Translations under genes and position numbers: made by a program
Assembly (NCBI GenBank): GCA_965207735.1
Contig: OZ242296.1
Location: 1,600,001-1,664,000, forward strand
Direction: 5' to 3'
DNA: 64,000 nt
Source of the DNA: Candidatus Versatilivorator sp.
GTDB lineage: Bacteria; Acidobacteriota; Terriglobia; Versatilivoradales; Versatilivoraceae
In this document: one piece after another, positions 9,144-19,374 of the stretch
Position numbering within the stretch: position 1 is the first letter of the stretch
Layout of the letters: every line of letters begins with the position of its first letter
Notes under the pieces: model-generated
Seen by the model: only the letters and a program-made list of their open reading frames with translations
Database searches by the model: none
What the model was told of the DNA's origin: nothing

Positions 9144-10394
9144 TCACAGGTGAAACAACCCTCGGGGAAACTTGTTGAGGACCTCGACTCCGTCGGCAGT
9201 CAGGTAGCAGAGATCGGCGATGGGATTGATCATGAGCGTTCCCCCGGGCTCTCCCAGACAGACGTGCAGCACGAATACATGGCCCGGCTGAAGCACTTCC
9301 CGGCTCCCGGCCAGCAGAAAGGGACGTTCCGAATAGTCGAGGCCCTGGCCATGTCCGATCCGGCCGCCCTGGATCTCATACCCGAACCGGGCCGCGGTCC
9401 GGTTGCCGACCTCAATCAACTCACCGATGGGGAATCCGGGGCGAATGAGCCCGAGCACCTCGTCCTGCACCTGCAGGTTGGCTTCCACCATCTCGGCGGC
9501 CGCCTTGTCCAGGATCGGTCCGATGGTGCCCGCCCGGTCGCTCTGGATCCAGTAACCCTTGTAGACCACATAGGCGTTGACATTGATGTAGTCGCCGCGG
9601 TTCAGGCGCCAATCGTGGCATTTGACCGACAGTTTGCCCGCCTTCATATCGCTTCCCGGGGCGGTATGCATGCAGTGGTAGACAAAGTCGGCCCCCTGCT
9701 GCCTGGCCGCGGCGTCCATCTCGGCGGTGAGCTCATACCCCCACATCCCCGCCTTGAGGACTTCCGCCATTCGTTGATAGCTTCCATCGGAGATCTCCGC
9801 CGTGCGCCGCAACAAAGCGGCTTCCTCCGGCGTCTTGAACTGTCGGAGCTCGGCCACGATGTCGGGCGCCTCCGCAATTCCGGCCGGGATGTTCCGCTCC
9901 AGATCGCGGTAGAGGGTCACAGGCATGGCTTCGATCCCCGCAATGGCGAGGGGCCGCCGATCGAGGCCTTCGGTCTTCAAGAGGCGTGCGATTTCGGCTC
10001 CAAAGCTGCGCGCTCCCCGGGTGGCGACTTCTCCACCTACGCTGGAGTCGAAGGCGCGGGAGATCGCCCGAGGATCGGGAGAGCTCACCAGGTGCACCTG
10101 GCCGATCCAGGACACCTCCTCGATCTGGTCCAGCATGTACTCCACGCCCGCCACCAGCAGCGCCGCCTCGCCCTGGCTGGGGACCAGCACCATGACGTCG
10201 GTGATGCGGTCCAGGTTGGACCAGTTGGTGAGATAGCCGACGTGCCCGGTCTGATTCCACTGGTGAATCTTGGGTGCGGAGTAGACCACCACTCCGGCCA
10301 GGTCGCGGTCTCTGGCAAAATCGCGAACCCTCTCAATCCGCCGCTCGAACTCCGAACGGGGAATCTCGTGCTCTTCTTTCTTCCACATGGCCAT
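9144..10394 (-). CDS. M24 (Xaa-Pro peptidase/creatinase) pita-bread fold protein
   Basis: Creatinase-like N-domain (EFERRIERVR), LRQFKTPEE, GHGQGL; several canonical metal ligands appear substituted. Confidence 0.75.
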   Translation of the reverse strand: MAMWKKEEHEIPRSEFERRIERVRDFARDRDLAGVVVYSAPKIHQWNQTGHVGYLTNWSNLDRITDVMVLVPSQGEAALLVAGVEYMLDQIEEVSWIGQVHLVSSPDPRAISRAFDSSVGGEVATRGARSFGAEIARLLKTEGLDRRPLAIAGIEAMPVTLYRDLERNIPAGIAEAPDIVAELRQFKTPEEAALLRRTAEISDGSYQRMAEVLKAGMWGYELTAEMDAAARQQGADFVYHCMHTAPGSDMKAGKLSVKCHDWRLNRGDYINVNAYVVYKGYWIQSDRAGTIGPILDKAAAEMVEANLQVQDEVLGLIRPGFPIGELIEVGNRTAARFGYEIQGGRIGHGQGLDYSERPFLLAGSREVLQPGHVFVLHVCLGEPGGTLMINPIADLCYLTADGVEVLNKFPRGLFHL

Positions 10395-10728
10395 CTCTAT
10401 CGGTAGAAACCCGTACCGCAAACGCCTGTTTGCTCCGGGAGTTGGGAATTTGACAGCGACGTCGGGTGAAGGGCTCCCGAAAGGCGGACACCCTCCCGCC
10501 GCATCTCATACCGACCTCGATACTATTACAGACGGAGAACGCTAACAACCGCGAGGCCACCGCGGGTTGGGGAATCGGCAGGACAAGGGTGAAGCCTGCA
10601 GTCGAGCCGGTTGGGGGAAGAAAACGCCTTGCCTCGTGATTTACAGGACACACTTGCATGGAAGAACAGGATATGCAGGATGGTCTTTGGAAGTCTGACG
10701 TCCTGTAATCCCAGGCATCAAATGAATA

Positions 10729-10906
10729 ATGAACATGGATGCACAGGATGCACAGGATTTTTTCAGGAGACGGCTAGCTTGTAATCCTCGCCATCTGCAA
10801 ATCCGCACCGGGTCATCGCCCGAGCCGGCTTCTCGTGCAGGAAGCCTTCATCCTGTTCGTCCTGTTCATCCTGTTCATCCTGTTCATCCTGTTCATCGAT
10901 GTTCAT
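10729..10906. repeat. inverted element with arms made of 9-bp tandem units (GA[A/C]CAGGAT)
   Basis: Left arm atgaacatggatgcacaggatgcacaggat (10729-10758); right arm about five (atcctgttc) units ending atcgatgttcat (10850-10906). Confidence 0.85.
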
Positions 10907-10934
10907 TTTGATGGATAACCAGATTCTTTTCCGG

Positions 10935-11000
10935 AACCCTCCCCAACCCCTTGGTGGCCCTTCGTCGTTCTTCGTGGCCCTTCGTGGATAACTCTTTTCC
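10935..11000 (-). repeat. partial copy of periodic CCACGAAG repeat
   Basis: gtggcccttcgtcgttcttcgtggcccttcgtggataactcttttc is the reverse complement of the core at 5394 and 3929. Confidence 0.8.
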
Positions 11001-11005
11001 CACAC

Positions 11006-11037
11006 AAAAAAGGGGTCTGGAAAATCCAGACCCCTTT
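11006..11037 (-). terminator. Rho-independent terminator of hsp20
   Basis: Stem aaaggggtctgga / tccagacccctt followed by T6 on the minus strand. Confidence 0.85.
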
Positions 11038-11069
11038 CAGGAATGGCGCCGTCGCGCCAAGCGGCGGAT

Positions 11070-11540
11070 TCAGGCGGTGGCTTTCAGCTTCCTGCCTCCG
11101 AGAGCCTTGACCTCGATTTTCTTCGGCAGGGCGGCCGGAGCCAGGGGCACCGTGATTTCCAGGACTCCGTTTTGGAAGGAAGCCGAGATCCTGTTCAGGT
11201 CGGTTCCCTTCGGCAAAAGCAGGTGCTGCTCGTACTTGCCGTAAGAGAAGCCCCGCACATGCCAGTCGTCCCGGTTGACATCGGCCGGCTCCTTGCGCTC
11301 CACCTGGACCGTCAGCCTGCCGTCGACTGCCGAAAGATCGACGTCCGCCGAATCCACGCCCGGCAGAGCCAGCCGGTAGACATGCCGCCCGTCCCTCTCG
11401 AAGGCTTCGAGCTCGGGACGAAAGGCTCTGACGCTCGGCAAGAGCCGGATGTCGCGATTCCAGGCATCGTTGAAGAATCGATCGACCTGCCGATCGAATG
11501 AGGGAAAGTCGTTAAACAGCCTTCTTGAAAGTGCTAACAT
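11070..11540 (-). CDS. Hsp20/alpha-crystallin small heat shock protein
   Basis: LPGVD...LTVQVER...YGKYEQHLLLP...ISASFQNGVLEITVP...KKIEV; strong RBS aggaggt. Confidence 0.92.
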   Translation of the reverse strand: MLALSRRLFNDFPSFDRQVDRFFNDAWNRDIRLLPSVRAFRPELEAFERDGRHVYRLALPGVDSADVDLSAVDGRLTVQVERKEPADVNRDDWHVRGFSYGKYEQHLLLPKGTDLNRISASFQNGVLEITVPLAPAALPKKIEVKALGGRKLKATA

Positions 11541-11610
11541 TTGGACACCTCCTGAGTTTGGGTTTTGTTGCTTCGGTCCTGACTGTGACCTCTCAACTTC
11601 GTTTCACTGA

Positions 11611-11640
11611 ATATGTAAGATCGGAGTTCCGTCCTGTCAA
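11611..11640 (-). promoter_or_regulatory. putative promoter of hsp20
   Basis: Minus strand TTGACA-N17-TACATA(T) about 70 nt upstream of the ATG; -10 box imperfect. Confidence 0.35.
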
Positions 11641-11770
11641 AGTGCCGGACGCATTGATGCGAAAATTCCGCTCGTGCCGGCCGGGCTGATGGCCTTCGAC
11701 GAGCCCGGAGGTTCAAGAAGCAATCCATTAGGGTATTCGAGAAATTCCTGGCGGAACACGGAGGAGTGCA

Positions 11771-13033
11771 ATGGTGTGGAAAACGCTTCCAGCCCTGGTC
11801 ATCGGCCTTATTCTTCTGCAGCAGTCGCAGGCCGGAAACTGGCCCCAATGGAGGGGCCCCACGCTTGACGGCATCAGTCCCGAGAAGGCTTTGCCTGTCT
11901 CCTGGGACAGGCAGACCAACATCACCTGGGAGCTGGCGCTGCCCGAATTCAGCGGTTCCACCCCCATTATCTGGGGAGATTCAATTTTTCTGAACGTGGC
12001 TGACGGCGCCGACCTCTACCTGTGGTGCGTCGACCGCGAGAATGGTGAGGTGAGATGGAAGCGGAGCCTGGGGCAGGGAAACGTCAAGATGCGCAAGCAG
12101 AACATGTCCTCCCCTTCCCCGGTCACCGACGGCCAATCGGTCTTTGTCATGACCGGGACCGGCATCCTCAAGTCATTCACCCTGGACGGAGAGCCGCTGT
12201 GGAACCGCGACATCCAGAAGGACTACGGAAAGTTCGGACTCAACCACGGCTACGCCTCCTCTCCGCTGCTCCACAAGGGCGACCTGTTCATCCAGGTCCT
12301 GCATGGAATGAAGACCGACGATCCTTCCTACGTCCTGCGAGTCGACGGCAGCAATGGCAAGACCTTATGGAAGGTGGAACGGCCCACCGACGCCATCCAT
12401 GAATCGCCCGACTCCTACACCACTCCGACCCTGGCGTCCACCGCCAAGGGCTTGGAACTGGTGATCACCGGAGGGGACAGCGCCACCGGCCATGACCTGG
12501 AAACGGGTCGGGAACTATGGCGGGTGAACGGGTTCAATCCCACCAACAACCGTTACTTTCGGGTGGTTGCCTCCCCGGTGGTTGCCGGCGGCCTGATCTA
12601 CGTGCCCACCCGGGTGAAGCCCTTGATGGCCATTCGACCGGGCGGCCGCGGAGACGTCAGCCAGAGCCATCGGGTCTGGTCGTTCGAGAACGGCCCCGAC
12701 GTCCCCACGCCGGTTTCCGACGGCACCTTCTTCTACTCCGTCAGCGACAAGGGAATCATGTGGTGCCTGGATGCCAAGAGCGGAAGGCAGGTCTGGGGCG
12801 GGGTGCGGCTCAAGCCGGGGACCTACAGCTCCTCACCGGTGTTGGCCGACGGCAAGATCTACGTGAGCAACGAGGACGGGGTGACGACCGTGGTCATGGC
12901 CGGGCCCCATTTTCGGATCCTGTCGGAAAACCCACTGGACGACTACTGCCTGAGTTCTCCGGCCATTTCCGACGGCCAGATCTTCATCAGGACCGCCGAG
13001 CGCCTGTTCTGCATCGGCGAGCGGCGGCGCTGA
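11771..13033 (+). CDS. PQQ-like beta-propeller repeat protein (BamB-like), secreted
   Basis: Signal peptide, NWPQWRGP, repeated SSP/TP...G..LW blades, [14 protein letters not shown]. Confidence 0.88.
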   Translation: MVWKTLPALVIGLILLQQSQAGNWPQWRGPTLDGISPEKALPVSWDRQTNITWELALPEFSGSTPIIWGDSIFLNVADGADLYLWCVDRENGEVRWKRSLGQGNVKMRKQNMSSPSPVTDGQSVFVMTGTGILKSFTLDGEPLWNRDIQKDYGKFGLNHGYASSPLLHKGDLFIQVLHGMKTDDPSYVLRVDGSNGKTLWKVERPTDAIHESPDSYTTPTLASTAKGLELVITGGDSATGHDLETGRELWRVNGFNPTNNRYFRVVASPVVAGGLIYVPTRVKPLMAIRPGGRGDVSQSHRVWSFENGPDVPTPVSDGTFFYSVSDKGIMWCLDAKSGRQVWGGVRLKPGTYSSSPVLADGKIYVSNEDGVTTVVMAGPHFRILSENPLDDYCLSSPAISDGQIFIRTAERLFCIGERRR

Positions 13034-13102
13034 CCTCTCCGGCGCCGCGCCCAGCAACCATTCTCCAAAGGAACGGGCCTGCCCGGGCGATGGAATCGCG
13101 AA

Positions 13103-14008
13103 TTATTCCCATCGCTTGGCGTGGGCGACAAAGTCGAAGTCCACGTACTCCTTCCAACGCTCTATCAATCGCAACGTGCAGGGTCCCGGCCTGCCGTCTC
13201 CGATCGGCTGCCCGTTGAAACGGGTGACCGGCATCATGCAAAGCGAGGTGGAGGTCATGAAGGCCTCGTCCGCCGTGGTTGCATGGTAGGGTTGGATATC
13301 CGTCTCCCTGACGGTCATACCCAGTCCGCGGGCCAACTCGATGGTGGTCAGCCGGCTCACTCCCTGCAGGATGTTCCTTTCGCTGGGGGTCAACACCTCT
13401 CCTCGATTCACCACGAAGAAATTCCAGCCCGTACCCTCGGCCAGGTTTCCCTGGTGGTCCAGCATCAGGGCCAAGGCTTCCGGATCGATCAGCCGGGCCT
13501 CGGCGTCGGCCAGTGAGAAGTGCAGGCGGCTGCGGTACTTGATCTTGGGATCGACGGTCAGCGGGTGCATGTGGCGCGTCGGCGGCGTCACCACGTGCAG
13601 TCCCTTGTCGTAGTAGTCCGCCTTTGCCTTCAGGCCCGGAGACAGAGGATAGAAATACATCACGAAGGTCGACTCGGTGGGGGGCAACACCAGCCCCATT
13701 CGACCGCGGCTGACCAGGTGCCCCACTCCGCCTTCGTCACCTTCTTCCAGGGTCGGCAAATTGTCCTCCAGGAACTTCTGGGTCACCCGATCCAGTTCCT
13801 CCGTAGTCAGGCTGAACTTCATCCTGGCCGCCTTGATGGAGCGAAGCAGGCGGTCTCGGTGCTCCGGCCAGCGAAACAGCTTGTGATGGAAGGTTCGGGC
13901 CGTCTCGATCACGGAATCCCCAATCAGGACCGCGCTGTCGAAAATCGATATCCTGGCTTCCTCTTCCGGAACCATCTCCCCGTTGACGTAGACTTGCCTC
14001 TGTTTCAT
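13103..14008 (-). CDS. aminotransferase class IV (BCAT/D-amino acid aminotransferase-like)
   Basis: YVNGEMVPEEEARISIFD...GDSVIETART, PKIK (PLP lysine), EGTGWNFF, ILQGVSR, ADEAFMTST; RBS gggagg before ATG 14008. Confidence 0.88.
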   Translation of the reverse strand: MKQRQVYVNGEMVPEEEARISIFDSAVLIGDSVIETARTFHHKLFRWPEHRDRLLRSIKAARMKFSLTTEELDRVTQKFLEDNLPTLEEGDEGGVGHLVSRGRMGLVLPPTESTFVMYFYPLSPGLKAKADYYDKGLHVVTPPTRHMHPLTVDPKIKYRSRLHFSLADAEARLIDPEALALMLDHQGNLAEGTGWNFFVVNRGEVLTPSERNILQGVSRLTTIELARGLGMTVRETDIQPYHATTADEAFMTSTSLCMMPVTRFNGQPIGDGRPGPCTLRLIERWKEYVDFDFVAHAKRWE

Positions 14009-14262
14009 CTCACCCTCCCATGGTCGCCTTGAATCCACCCGGAGCACTCTTAGAAAAAGGCCGCCGGCAGGAAAGCCCGCCGGCGCCGCCAAGGGCCGGT
14101 CTGAAACCCCGTCCGCAGTTGACTCCACCCGATCCGTGCCCTAACATTCCGCCGTTGACGGCCCCAAGCCCAATAACCCGCAATAGTACGACAGTCCACC
14201 GGTAGTTGCACCAAGTCCCGGACTCACTTCCACAAAAAGCGGGGCTGCCTTCAGGAATCCAC

Positions 14263-15135
14263 ATGCGTATTCTATTGACCGGCTCCAGCGGCCGAATAGG
14301 CCGCAACCTCTTGCTGGACGGCCTGGCCGATCGCCACCGGATCACGGCCTTCGACTGGGCGCCGCCCCCGACCCGGTTGGACAACGTCCGCTACGTGGCC
14401 GGCAGTATCCTGGACCGCAAGGACCTTTCCGATGCCATGCAGGGTGCCGAGGCCGTCATCCACCTGGCCGCCATTCCCTACGACATCCCTCCCCTGCACC
14501 AGGTGTTCCAGATCAACGTGCAGGGCACCTACCATGCGCTGGAGTTGGCGGTCGAGCATGGGGTACGCCACTTCCTGCATGCCTCCAGTCTGATGGCCTA
14601 TGGCTTCGGCCGCAACGCCGAGGCGCAATATCTGCCTATCGACGAGGACCACCCGGCGGCCTCCCACGACACTTACGGGGTCGGCAAGCTGCTCACCGAG
14701 TCTCTGTGCCGGGCCTTCACCGACAAGTTCGGCCTGCGCACCCTCTGCTTTCGCCTCACCCATTTCACGGCATTCCTTCGCCCCTACGGAGACCGTTTTC
14801 CCTACGACGACGACTCGGGAATCCAGGGATTGCACGAGTACATCGAGTCCCGGGACCTGGTGGGACTGTTGGAGGCGGCTCTGGCTTCCGAGCAGGTTCA
14901 GCACGACGTGTTTCTGGCCTCGGGCCCCGATTCCGGCCATGTGCTGCCCACCCCGGAGGTCATCCGGAAGTACCATCCCCAGGCGGAACTGCGCTACGGC
15001 CGTCTGGAACCCACATCCCCTTTCATTTCCATGGAGAAAAGCCGCCGGCTGTTGGGCTTCACCCCCAGCTTCAGTTGGAGGGAATACGGATTGACCCGGG
15101 AGGGACTGGTCAATCGCCCGCCCTCACCGGAGTGA
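14263..15135 (+). CDS. NAD-dependent epimerase/dehydratase (extended SDR)
   Basis: ILLTGSSGRIG, VIHLAA, NVQGT, ASS, YGVGK (YxxxK). Confidence 0.88.
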   Translation: MRILLTGSSGRIGRNLLLDGLADRHRITAFDWAPPPTRLDNVRYVAGSILDRKDLSDAMQGAEAVIHLAAIPYDIPPLHQVFQINVQGTYHALELAVEHGVRHFLHASSLMAYGFGRNAEAQYLPIDEDHPAASHDTYGVGKLLTESLCRAFTDKFGLRTLCFRLTHFTAFLRPYGDRFPYDDDSGIQGLHEYIESRDLVGLLEAALASEQVQHDVFLASGPDSGHVLPTPEVIRKYHPQAELRYGRLEPTSPFISMEKSRRLLGFTPSFSWREYGLTREGLVNRPPSPE

Positions 15136-15143
15136 AGCAGACA

Positions 15144-15310
15144 AGTCCGGCCCCTGCCCTCTCACGAAGAACGGATCATCCGAGGGTGAAACAGGGGGCC
15201 TTCATCTTCTTCGGTGAGTAGGGAAATGTTTCGTTACACCGGTTGGCTGCATTAGAAAACATCGATGCCTTAGTAGCCCTTCGTCGTTCTTAGTGGAAAA
15301 CTCCTTTTTA
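15144..15310 (-). repeat. degenerate copy of the ~180-bp element
   Basis: agtccggcccc...gatcatccgagggtgaaaca and gccttagtagcccttcgtcgttctt match the two ends of the copy at 15493-15675. Confidence 0.7.
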
Positions 15311-15357
15311 TTTTGTTTCAGGAGAGCCGGTCTCCGGGGCCTCGCGCTTTCGGCCCT

Positions 15358-15447
15358 CTGCTGTCGCCGCCTTCGCGGCTCGACGTGGAGCTACCCCTTT
15401 CCATGGGCTCACGCCCACGGCTACCTGCTGCCGCCGCTCCGCGGCTC
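15358..15447. repeat. REP-like doublet
   Basis: ctgctgtcgccgccttcgcggctc and ctgctgccgccgctccgcggctc flank the hairpin ccatgggctcacgcccacgg. Confidence 0.6.
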
Positions 15448-15492
15448 AATGGGTCGCCCGGGCGTTCGCCCGAGGACTATCAATTACTAAAA

Positions 15493-15675
15493 AGTCCGGC
15501 CCCTTCCCTGCCGGGCAGATCATCCGAGGGTGAAACAATCGGAAATCGATAGTCCTCTCGCGACCTTGGCACCCCGTCGCGGCCAACCTCAGCGCCTTAG
15601 TGGCCCTTCGTCGTTCTTCGTGTCCCTTCGTGGATAAGTCTTTTTCTTTGTCTTTTGTCGGTTGTTTCAGACAAG
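15493..15675 (-). repeat. dispersed ~180-bp intergenic element, copy B (reverse)
   Basis: Reverse complement aligns over its length with 3888-4074 and 53129-53300. Confidence 0.9.
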
Positions 15676-15805
15676 ACAAGACCCCCCACCGCCTTGAAGA
15701 TGGCGGCCGGTTCCCATACAATGAGGTGGCTGGCCGTTCCATCGGCGGGCCCCCTCTCACTCCGGCAGCTCACTCCGCCGCCGTCCCCGACTCGATCATT
15801 CAACC

Positions 15806-18001
15806 ATGAGCAGACTCCTGATCGTTTCCAACCGACTACCTATAACGGTGAAGTCGGAGCAGGGCAAGATCCACGTGAGCGAGTCCATTGGAGGCTTGGC
15901 TGCAGGACTGCGCGGCCCTCACCAATCGGGGGAATCCCTGTGGGTGGGTTGGCCGGGTGAAGTCCCGCCCGAGGCAGACCAGCGGTCCTATCTGGAAAAG
16001 GAGTTGGCGGATCTCCGGGCGGTGCCGGTCTACCTCACCCAGAGCGAGATCAACCGATACTACGAGGCCTTCTCCAATGGCGTGCTCTGGCCTCTGTTTC
16101 ACTATCAGACAGACCTGATTCAACGGGACGCCTGGCGGCACTGGGAGATCTACCGGGAGGTCAACCGACACTTTGCCGAAGTGGTCGCCCGGGAATACCG
16201 AACCGGCGACCTGGTTTGGGTGCACGATTATCAGCTCACGCTGGTGCCCGCCATGTTGCGGCGCCTGCTTCCCCAGGCCAGAATCGGATTCTTCCTGCAC
16301 ATCCCCTTCCCCTCCTCCGAGGTCTTCCGGATTCTCCCCTGGCGCAGCCAGATGCTGGAGGGCATCCTGGGAGCCGATCTGATCGGATTCCACACCTTCT
16401 CCTACATGCGGCATTTCGCGCGGGCCATTTTGCTGGTTCTGGGCGTGGAATCCCAGGGCGAAATGCTGACCTTCGAGGAACGAAAGATCCTCATGGGCGT
16501 CTTCCCCATCGGAGTTGACGCCGCCGAATTCGGCCGGCTGGCCGACCGGGAATCGGTGCTGGCCAAGGTGGAGGCCGTTCGGCAGGAGTGCGGAGGGCGC
16601 AAGCTGATCCTGGGGGTGGACCGTCTCGACTACACCAAGGGACTGCCACGGCGCATGCTGGCCATGGATCGATTGCTGGAGCGGGAACCCGGATTGAGGG
16701 ACAAGGTGCGCATGATTCAGATTGTGGTGCCCTCTCGCACCAGGGTCGACTCCTATGAGCAATACCGTCAGAATCTGGACGAGCTGGTGGGTCGGATCAA
16801 CGGCGCCCACGCAACTACAAACTCGGTACCCATACATTACCTCTACCGCTCCATACCCCAAACCGAGCTGGTGGCGCTCTACCGCTCGGCCGACCTGATG
16901 CTGGTCACTCCCCTGCGGGACGGAATGAACCTGGTGGCCAAGGAGTTTGTGGCCTCCCGCACCGATGAAGACGGCATTCTGATGCTGAGCGAGTTTGCCG
17001 GGGCTGCCGAAGAGCTCCGGGAAGCCGTGTCCGTCAACCCCTACGACACCGACGGAGTGGCCACCACCATCAAGAACAGTCTTTCGCTGCCGGAGGAAGA
17101 ACGGCGGGCTCGCATGCGGGTATTGCGCAGTCGCGTGCTGACTTACGACTGCTACCACTGGGCGAACAGTTACATCAAGGCTCTCGAAACCGCTCCCGGA
17201 GTCACCACCCAACCCCTGGAGGCGCAGTCGGCCCACGCCAGGACGGAGGCAATGCTGGAGCGACTGAGCGGCTCCGACCGCTTGCTGCTGCTGCTGGATT
17301 ACGACGGCACCCTGGTTCCCCTGGCCAGCTCACCCCTTTTGGCCGTACCCGACCCCGACGTGAAGAAGCTGCTCAAGGCCCTGGCGGCGCGGCCCGGCAC
17401 CGCCGTTCACATTGTCAGCGGCCGTCCGGCCCCGGTCCTGGAGAGCTGGCTGGGTGAAATGCCCATCGGACTGCATGCCGAGCATGGCTTCTGGTCCCGC
17501 CCGGAACCGGGAAGCCCCTGGCAGCGCAACAGCCCGGACGACTCCAAGTGGAAAGAGGTCATTCTTCCCATTCTGGAGCAGTTCGCCTCCTGGACACCGG
17601 GCTCTCTGATCGAGCGGAAGAGCGCGGGTCTGGCCTGGCATTACCGCATGGCCGACCCCGAGCTGGGCAATGCCCATGCCCAGGATCTCCAACACCGGAT
17701 CGAAGGGGTCTTGCCGGGTCTGTCCGCCGAAATGGTGATGGGCCACAAAGTGATCGAGGTGCGGGCCCAGGGCATTCACAAGGGCATGGTCGTCCCCTCG
17801 CTGGCAAAGGCGGGAGAAGGAGACTGGACCATCCTGGCGGTGGGAGACGACCGGTCCGACGAAGAGTTGTTCGCGGCCCTGCCGCCCGGGAGCTTTGCCA
17901 TCCACGTTGGCTCCGGCCAGAGCTGCGCCGGCTATCGACTGCCCGATCCGGCCGCGGTCCGGGATTTCCTCTCCCGGCTGCTTGAAGCCAAACCCCGCTG
18001 A
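15806..18001 (+). CDS. otsAB: bifunctional trehalose-6-phosphate synthase/phosphatase
   Basis: GT20 motifs [45 protein letters not shown]; HAD domain DYDGTL, VSGR, GDDRSDE. Confidence 0.95.
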   Translation: MSRLLIVSNRLPITVKSEQGKIHVSESIGGLAAGLRGPHQSGESLWVGWPGEVPPEADQRSYLEKELADLRAVPVYLTQSEINRYYEAFSNGVLWPLFHYQTDLIQRDAWRHWEIYREVNRHFAEVVAREYRTGDLVWVHDYQLTLVPAMLRRLLPQARIGFFLHIPFPSSEVFRILPWRSQMLEGILGADLIGFHTFSYMRHFARAILLVLGVESQGEMLTFEERKILMGVFPIGVDAAEFGRLADRESVLAKVEAVRQECGGRKLILGVDRLDYTKGLPRRMLAMDRLLEREPGLRDKVRMIQIVVPSRTRVDSYEQYRQNLDELVGRINGAHATTNSVPIHYLYRSIPQTELVALYRSADLMLVTPLRDGMNLVAKEFVASRTDEDGILMLSEFAGAAEELREAVSVNPYDTDGVATTIKNSLSLPEEERRARMRVLRSRVLTYDCYHWANSYIKALETAPGVTTQPLEAQSAHARTEAMLERLSGSDRLLLLLDYDGTLVPLASSPLLAVPDPDVKKLLKALAARPGTAVHIVSGRPAPVLESWLGEMPIGLHAEHGFWSRPEPGSPWQRNSPDDSKWKEVILPILEQFASWTPGSLIERKSAGLAWHYRMADPELGNAHAQDLQHRIEGVLPGLSAEMVMGHKVIEVRAQGIHKGMVVPSLAKAGEGDWTILAVGDDRSDEELFAALPPGSFAIHVGSGQSCAGYRLPDPAAVRDFLSRLLEAKPR

Positions 18002-18148
18002 CGATCGCTTCTCAGCGCCCGGGGCTACCTGCAGGCGCGGATACGCCGCTCCCCCCAAACCACGACACTGCCTGGGGACAGGATTTTCCAATGGGCTGTG
18101 TCCAGGCACTGATCCGCGGTTCCAGCGGAACCTCAAAGTGCCCGAAGC

Positions 18149-18991
18149 CTACTGCCCCGTCTTGAACACATCCAGCATGGGAACCGGACCACCGCTGGTC
18201 ACCACCGACGGCATCACTCCATTCCACTTGCCCACGGCCTCCTTCTGAACCTCAATTCGTCGCAACTCCAACAACTGGGTGGTCACCTGAGCCCTTTGGA
18301 GTTCCAGCCCCTTGGCTTCGGCTCGAGCTTGCTCAATCTGCTGCTTGGCCTCGAACTCGACCCGTCGAAGGGCGTTCTCCGCTTCCAGTGCCCGCTGGAC
18401 GGCCGTCACCTTGGCCTCGATGGCCTGCTGGAAGGCGTTCGAAAACTGAAAATCGGTGATCGATACCTGCACAACCTGCAGACCTCGCGGCTGCAGTCGA
18501 TCGGCCAGCAACTCCTGCAGGGCAGTCTTCACCGCCGGGCGCTGGGTAATGAGTTCTTCGGCATTGTAGTTGGCCGTGGTCGATTTCACGGCTTCCTGGA
18601 TATAGGGCTGAATCACCAGGCTTTCGTAATTCCGCCGCAGGGCACGATAGACTTCCGCAACCTGGTTGGGCTTCAACTGGTAGTTCAAGGTGACTTCGGT
18701 GGTCACCACTTGCAGATCCTTGCTGGAGGAGGTCGCGGGAGCGGTGTACTTGTTAAGCTGGGTGGACATCAGGACCACGTCCTCAACGAAGGGAATTTTG
18801 AAGTAGAGACCCTCCTCCAGGATATCCCCTGTCGGAGCATCGAATCGCAGCAGAACACCGCGCTGCCCGGCGCCTACTGTTCCAAATGCTCCTGATACTA
18901 CAATCAGGGCGACAATCACGACCACTCCCATGGCGACGATCCGGCCCAGATTAACCGGCATTCGAAACTCCTCCCGCGCATGTCTTGCCAT
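18149..18991 (-). CDS. prohibitin/SPFH (Band 7) family protein
   Basis: N-terminal TM, GQRGVLLRF, EGLYFKIPFVE, SSKDLQ, AEELITQR, FSNAFQQAIEAK, KWNGVMP. Confidence 0.92.
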   Translation of the reverse strand: MARHAREEFRMPVNLGRIVAMGVVVIVALIVVSGAFGTVGAGQRGVLLRFDAPTGDILEEGLYFKIPFVEDVVLMSTQLNKYTAPATSSSKDLQVVTTEVTLNYQLKPNQVAEVYRALRRNYESLVIQPYIQEAVKSTTANYNAEELITQRPAVKTALQELLADRLQPRGLQVVQVSITDFQFSNAFQQAIEAKVTAVQRALEAENALRRVEFEAKQQIEQARAEAKGLELQRAQVTTQLLELRRIEVQKEAVGKWNGVMPSVVTSGGPVPMLDVFKTGQ

Positions 18992-19374
18992 TGTGTTCTC
19001 CTTTTCGTTTCGGTATTTGCTTCTGCAAGTTCAGGCCCCATTCTACTTGAGCCGGGGAGGAAGGGTATGTTTTTCGGGAAAGACCCCTGACCGGTCCCGC
19101 CGCTCGGACCCATAAACACGGCCCAACGGAGAGGAAACGGGGCAGGCTCTGCCCACTGGTCCTTCCGGAGAGTGATACCCGTCTCTCCACCCAGTTGAAA
19201 GAAAAGGGGGGGCGGACCTGTCGTGTATAATCAGGCGGGCGGGTGGTTGCAGTCCGACCGGCATCACAGAACACTGCCCGGCCAGGCCATGTCCCGGGAG
19301 CTTGGTCCAACCCCACTTATCCCGGAAACGCACAGCTATTCTGCTCTTTTCGCTGACGCCCGGAGACCCAACCC

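Noticed and set aside
10763-11005. ORF encoding DEQDEQDEQ repeats (and HPVHPV on the other strand)
   Set aside because: By-product of the 9-bp tandem DNA repeat; it also spans a second repeat family and has no RBS
11511-11537. CIRCE-like TTAGCACT at the start of hsp20
   Set aside because: Only the left half-site is present; GAGTGCTAA is absent 9 nt downstream
13103-14008. Class IV aminotransferase as the missing PhnW
   Set aside because: PhnW is a fold-type I class V enzyme, and this gene is 34 kb away with no linkage
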